DNA from: Candidatus Methylomirabilota bacterium
GTDB taxonomy: Bacteria; Methylomirabilota; Methylomirabilia; Rokubacteriales; CSP1-6
Direction of reading: 5' to 3'
Assembly: GCA_046726415.1 (NCBI GenBank)
Contig: JBKPAK010000130.1
Span: 1-18,162, forward strand
DNA length: 18,162 nt
This document shows positions 16,609 to 18,162 of the stretch, one piece after another (positions within the stretch are counted from its first letter, which is position 1; every line of letters begins with the position of its first letter). The notes under the pieces were generated by a model. It had not been told where the DNA came from, did not search any database, and was given only the letters and a program-made list of their open reading frames with translations. The position numbers and the translations under genes are program-made.

Positions 16609-18021
16609 TCAATGACATTGGCCAATCCCCACATCGACGAACGTCCGGCTGGCCACCGGGATGAACTGCCACTCGTACCCCGTCGGGTAGAGGGTCAGCT
16701 TGAGGACGCCGAACGTGTCGTCGCTGCGGATCTCGCTGTTGGCCATCGCCGGTCCCACGAACGAATGGTGACTCCCCCCTCCAGTGCCAACGACGAATTG
16801 CCGGAGGCCCCGATACGGATCCCGTGTTCCGTCCGGACGCTGCGCCGCGAAGCGCTCGTAGGTGTGGTCGTGGCCTCCCAGCACGACGTCGGCGCCTGCC
16901 TCGTAGAGGGCCTGCCAGAACGCGTCATAGGCCGTGTCGCTTCCGTGGGGTCCGGAGCTGAAGCGCGGATGGTGCCAGTACGCCAGCGTGCAGCGGCGCT
17001 GGTCCGCGCCGAGCACCTGGCGCAGCCACCGTTCCTGGGGTGAGCCCACGCCGCACCCGCCGACGTCGGTGCAGTTCGAGTTCAGGACGATGATGCGCCA
17101 CCCGCCAAGCTCGTAATCGTAGTAGCCTCGGGCCGGGCTTCCCGCGGCCGCCCCGAAGTACTCGAAATAGCCGGACGCCCCGGGCGTCAGATAATCGTGG
17201 TTGCCGGGGGTCGGGCGGGTGCGTGCCTTGTGACGGCCCCAGCTCGGGTCGTAGCATGCCGCGAACTCGATGGGCGTCCCCGCCTCGTAGGCGTGATCTC
17301 CGAGCGTGAACACGACGCCGTCCACCACATCGAGCAAGTCCGCGGTGGCCTCGTCCCCGTCGCTGACGCAGGAGGCGATGTCTCCGGCACCGACGAGCAC
17401 CACGGCATCGCTGCGCGACGCACCCGGGCGCTTTTCCACCAGCGCCTTCAGCTTTTCGACGAGATCCTCATAAGAAGAGCGCGCGATGAGCGTGGTGAAC
17501 TGGCTTCGATAGTTGTTGACGAGGCTGATGCCGTCGACGTCGAGATCGTAGATCTTCCACTGATCACCGGGAGCGAGCCGGGTCTGGTAGGCCACGGGGA
17601 TCTGACGTCCCTGCTTGGTGAACACCCGCGTCCTGACCAGGGCTCGCTCACCATCGATCGCTTCGCCGAGATACTCGAACCGCTGGCGATCGGCGAGCTG
17701 GATTCGCGACAGGTACGTCCGCTGAAACAGCTCGGCAAAGAGCCGGACGAACTCCGCACGCTCGGCGGCCGACCGCGCCTCCCAGTGCTGACCGAGAGTA
17801 CGCTTGGCCATCTCGGGCCAGTCGAACATCTCGTCCATCACCTTGCGCGCCGCAGTTTGCCCTTCGGGCGTCGGGGTCCCCGGCCCGCCCAGGAGCTCGT
17901 AGAGCTTGTCGATGCGCGTCCGCAGGTAATCGGTCGGGGCCCCGGCCAGGGCCAGGGGTGGCGCGGCCACGGTGACGACGAGCAGTGGCCAGAGGAAAAA
18001 GAACCGTAGACGGAGCTTCAT
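16609..18021 (-). CDS. Exported fusion protein: MlaC/Ttg2D-type phospholipid-binding domain + calcineurin-like (purple-acid-phosphatase-type) metallophosphoesterase
   Basis: Signal peptide ending ALA-G. Residues ~27-196 carry MlaC motifs FDWPEMAKRTLGQHW, ERAEFVRLF and WKIYDLDVDGISLVNNYRSQF. Residues ~206-470 carry AGDIA, GDHAY, GNHD, WHHP and GHDH. Single frame, strong SD AGGAGG. Confidence 0.88.
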   Translation of the reverse strand: MKLRLRFFFLWPLLVVTVAAPPLALAGAPTDYLRTRIDKLYELLGGPGTPTPEGQTAARKVMDEMFDWPEMAKRTLGQHWEARSAAERAEFVRLFAELFQRTYLSRIQLADRQRFEYLGEAIDGERALVRTRVFTKQGRQIPVAYQTRLAPGDQWKIYDLDVDGISLVNNYRSQFTTLIARSSYEDLVEKLKALVEKRPGASRSDAVVLVGAGDIASCVSDGDEATADLLDVVDGVVFTLGDHAYEAGTPIEFAACYDPSWGRHKARTRPTPGNHDYLTPGASGYFEYFGAAAGSPARGYYDYELGGWRIIVLNSNCTDVGGCGVGSPQERWLRQVLGADQRRCTLAYWHHPRFSSGPHGSDTAYDAFWQALYEAGADVVLGGHDHTYERFAAQRPDGTRDPYRGLRQFVVGTGGGSHHSFVGPAMANSEIRSDDTFGVLKLTLYPTGYEWQFIPVASRTFVDVGIGQCH

Positions 18022-18084
18022 AGATACCTCCTGGACCAGCCGTTGAAGACCCGTCGGGGGAGCACGACCACGCTGATATGCCCA

Positions 18085-18113
18085 ACCTTACGTGAGCGGC
18101 ATGGGGGCGTCAA
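18085..18113 (-). promoter_or_regulatory. sigma70-like promoter for the MlaC-phosphoesterase gene
   Basis: Minus strand TTGACG (18113-18108)-N17-TAAGGT (18090-18085). Confidence 0.6.
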
Positions 18114-18121
18114 TCAGGCCG

Positions 18122-18150
18122 GCGTCACCGAAACTTCACCGAACTGACAG
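18122..18150. promoter_or_regulatory. 11-bp-period direct repeats, Pho-box/OmpR-family-like
   Basis: GCGTCACcgaa ACTTCACcgaa CTGACAG. TCACCGAA repeats exactly 11 bp apart, and the minus strand begins CTGTCAG. Confidence 0.45.
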
Positions 18151-18162
18151 CATCGCGCAATG

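Overview
This is a high-GC, gene-dense bacterial chromosomal window. Gene style and content resemble a diderm soil organism such as Ca. Rokubacteria/Methylomirabilota, but that is inference only. Minus-strand genes from the left are cysD (cut by the window edge), a TauD/TfdA-family dioxygenase, an aldo/keto reductase, a secreted DUF6607-like protein preceded by a DtxR/MntR-type palindrome, and a PBP1b-type transglycosylase/transpeptidase preceded by a sigma54-like promoter. Next come an ArsN1/phosphinothricin-type GNAT (+), a Gfo/Idh/MocA oxidoreductase (-), and a collapsed carbohydrate ABC operon made of an out-of-frame permease chimera and a binding-protein remnant. On the plus strand follow a class-III aminotransferase with overlapping hydantoinase/oxoprolinase A and B genes, then an aldehyde:ferredoxin oxidoreductase. 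The last gene (-) is an in-frame fusion of an MlaC/Ttg2D lipid-carrier domain to a purple-acid-phosphatase-like metallophosphoesterase, with its own sigma70 promoter and adjacent 11-bp-period Pho-box-like repeats. That fusion is the most unusual element. No rRNA, tRNA, CRISPR array or transposase was recognised.
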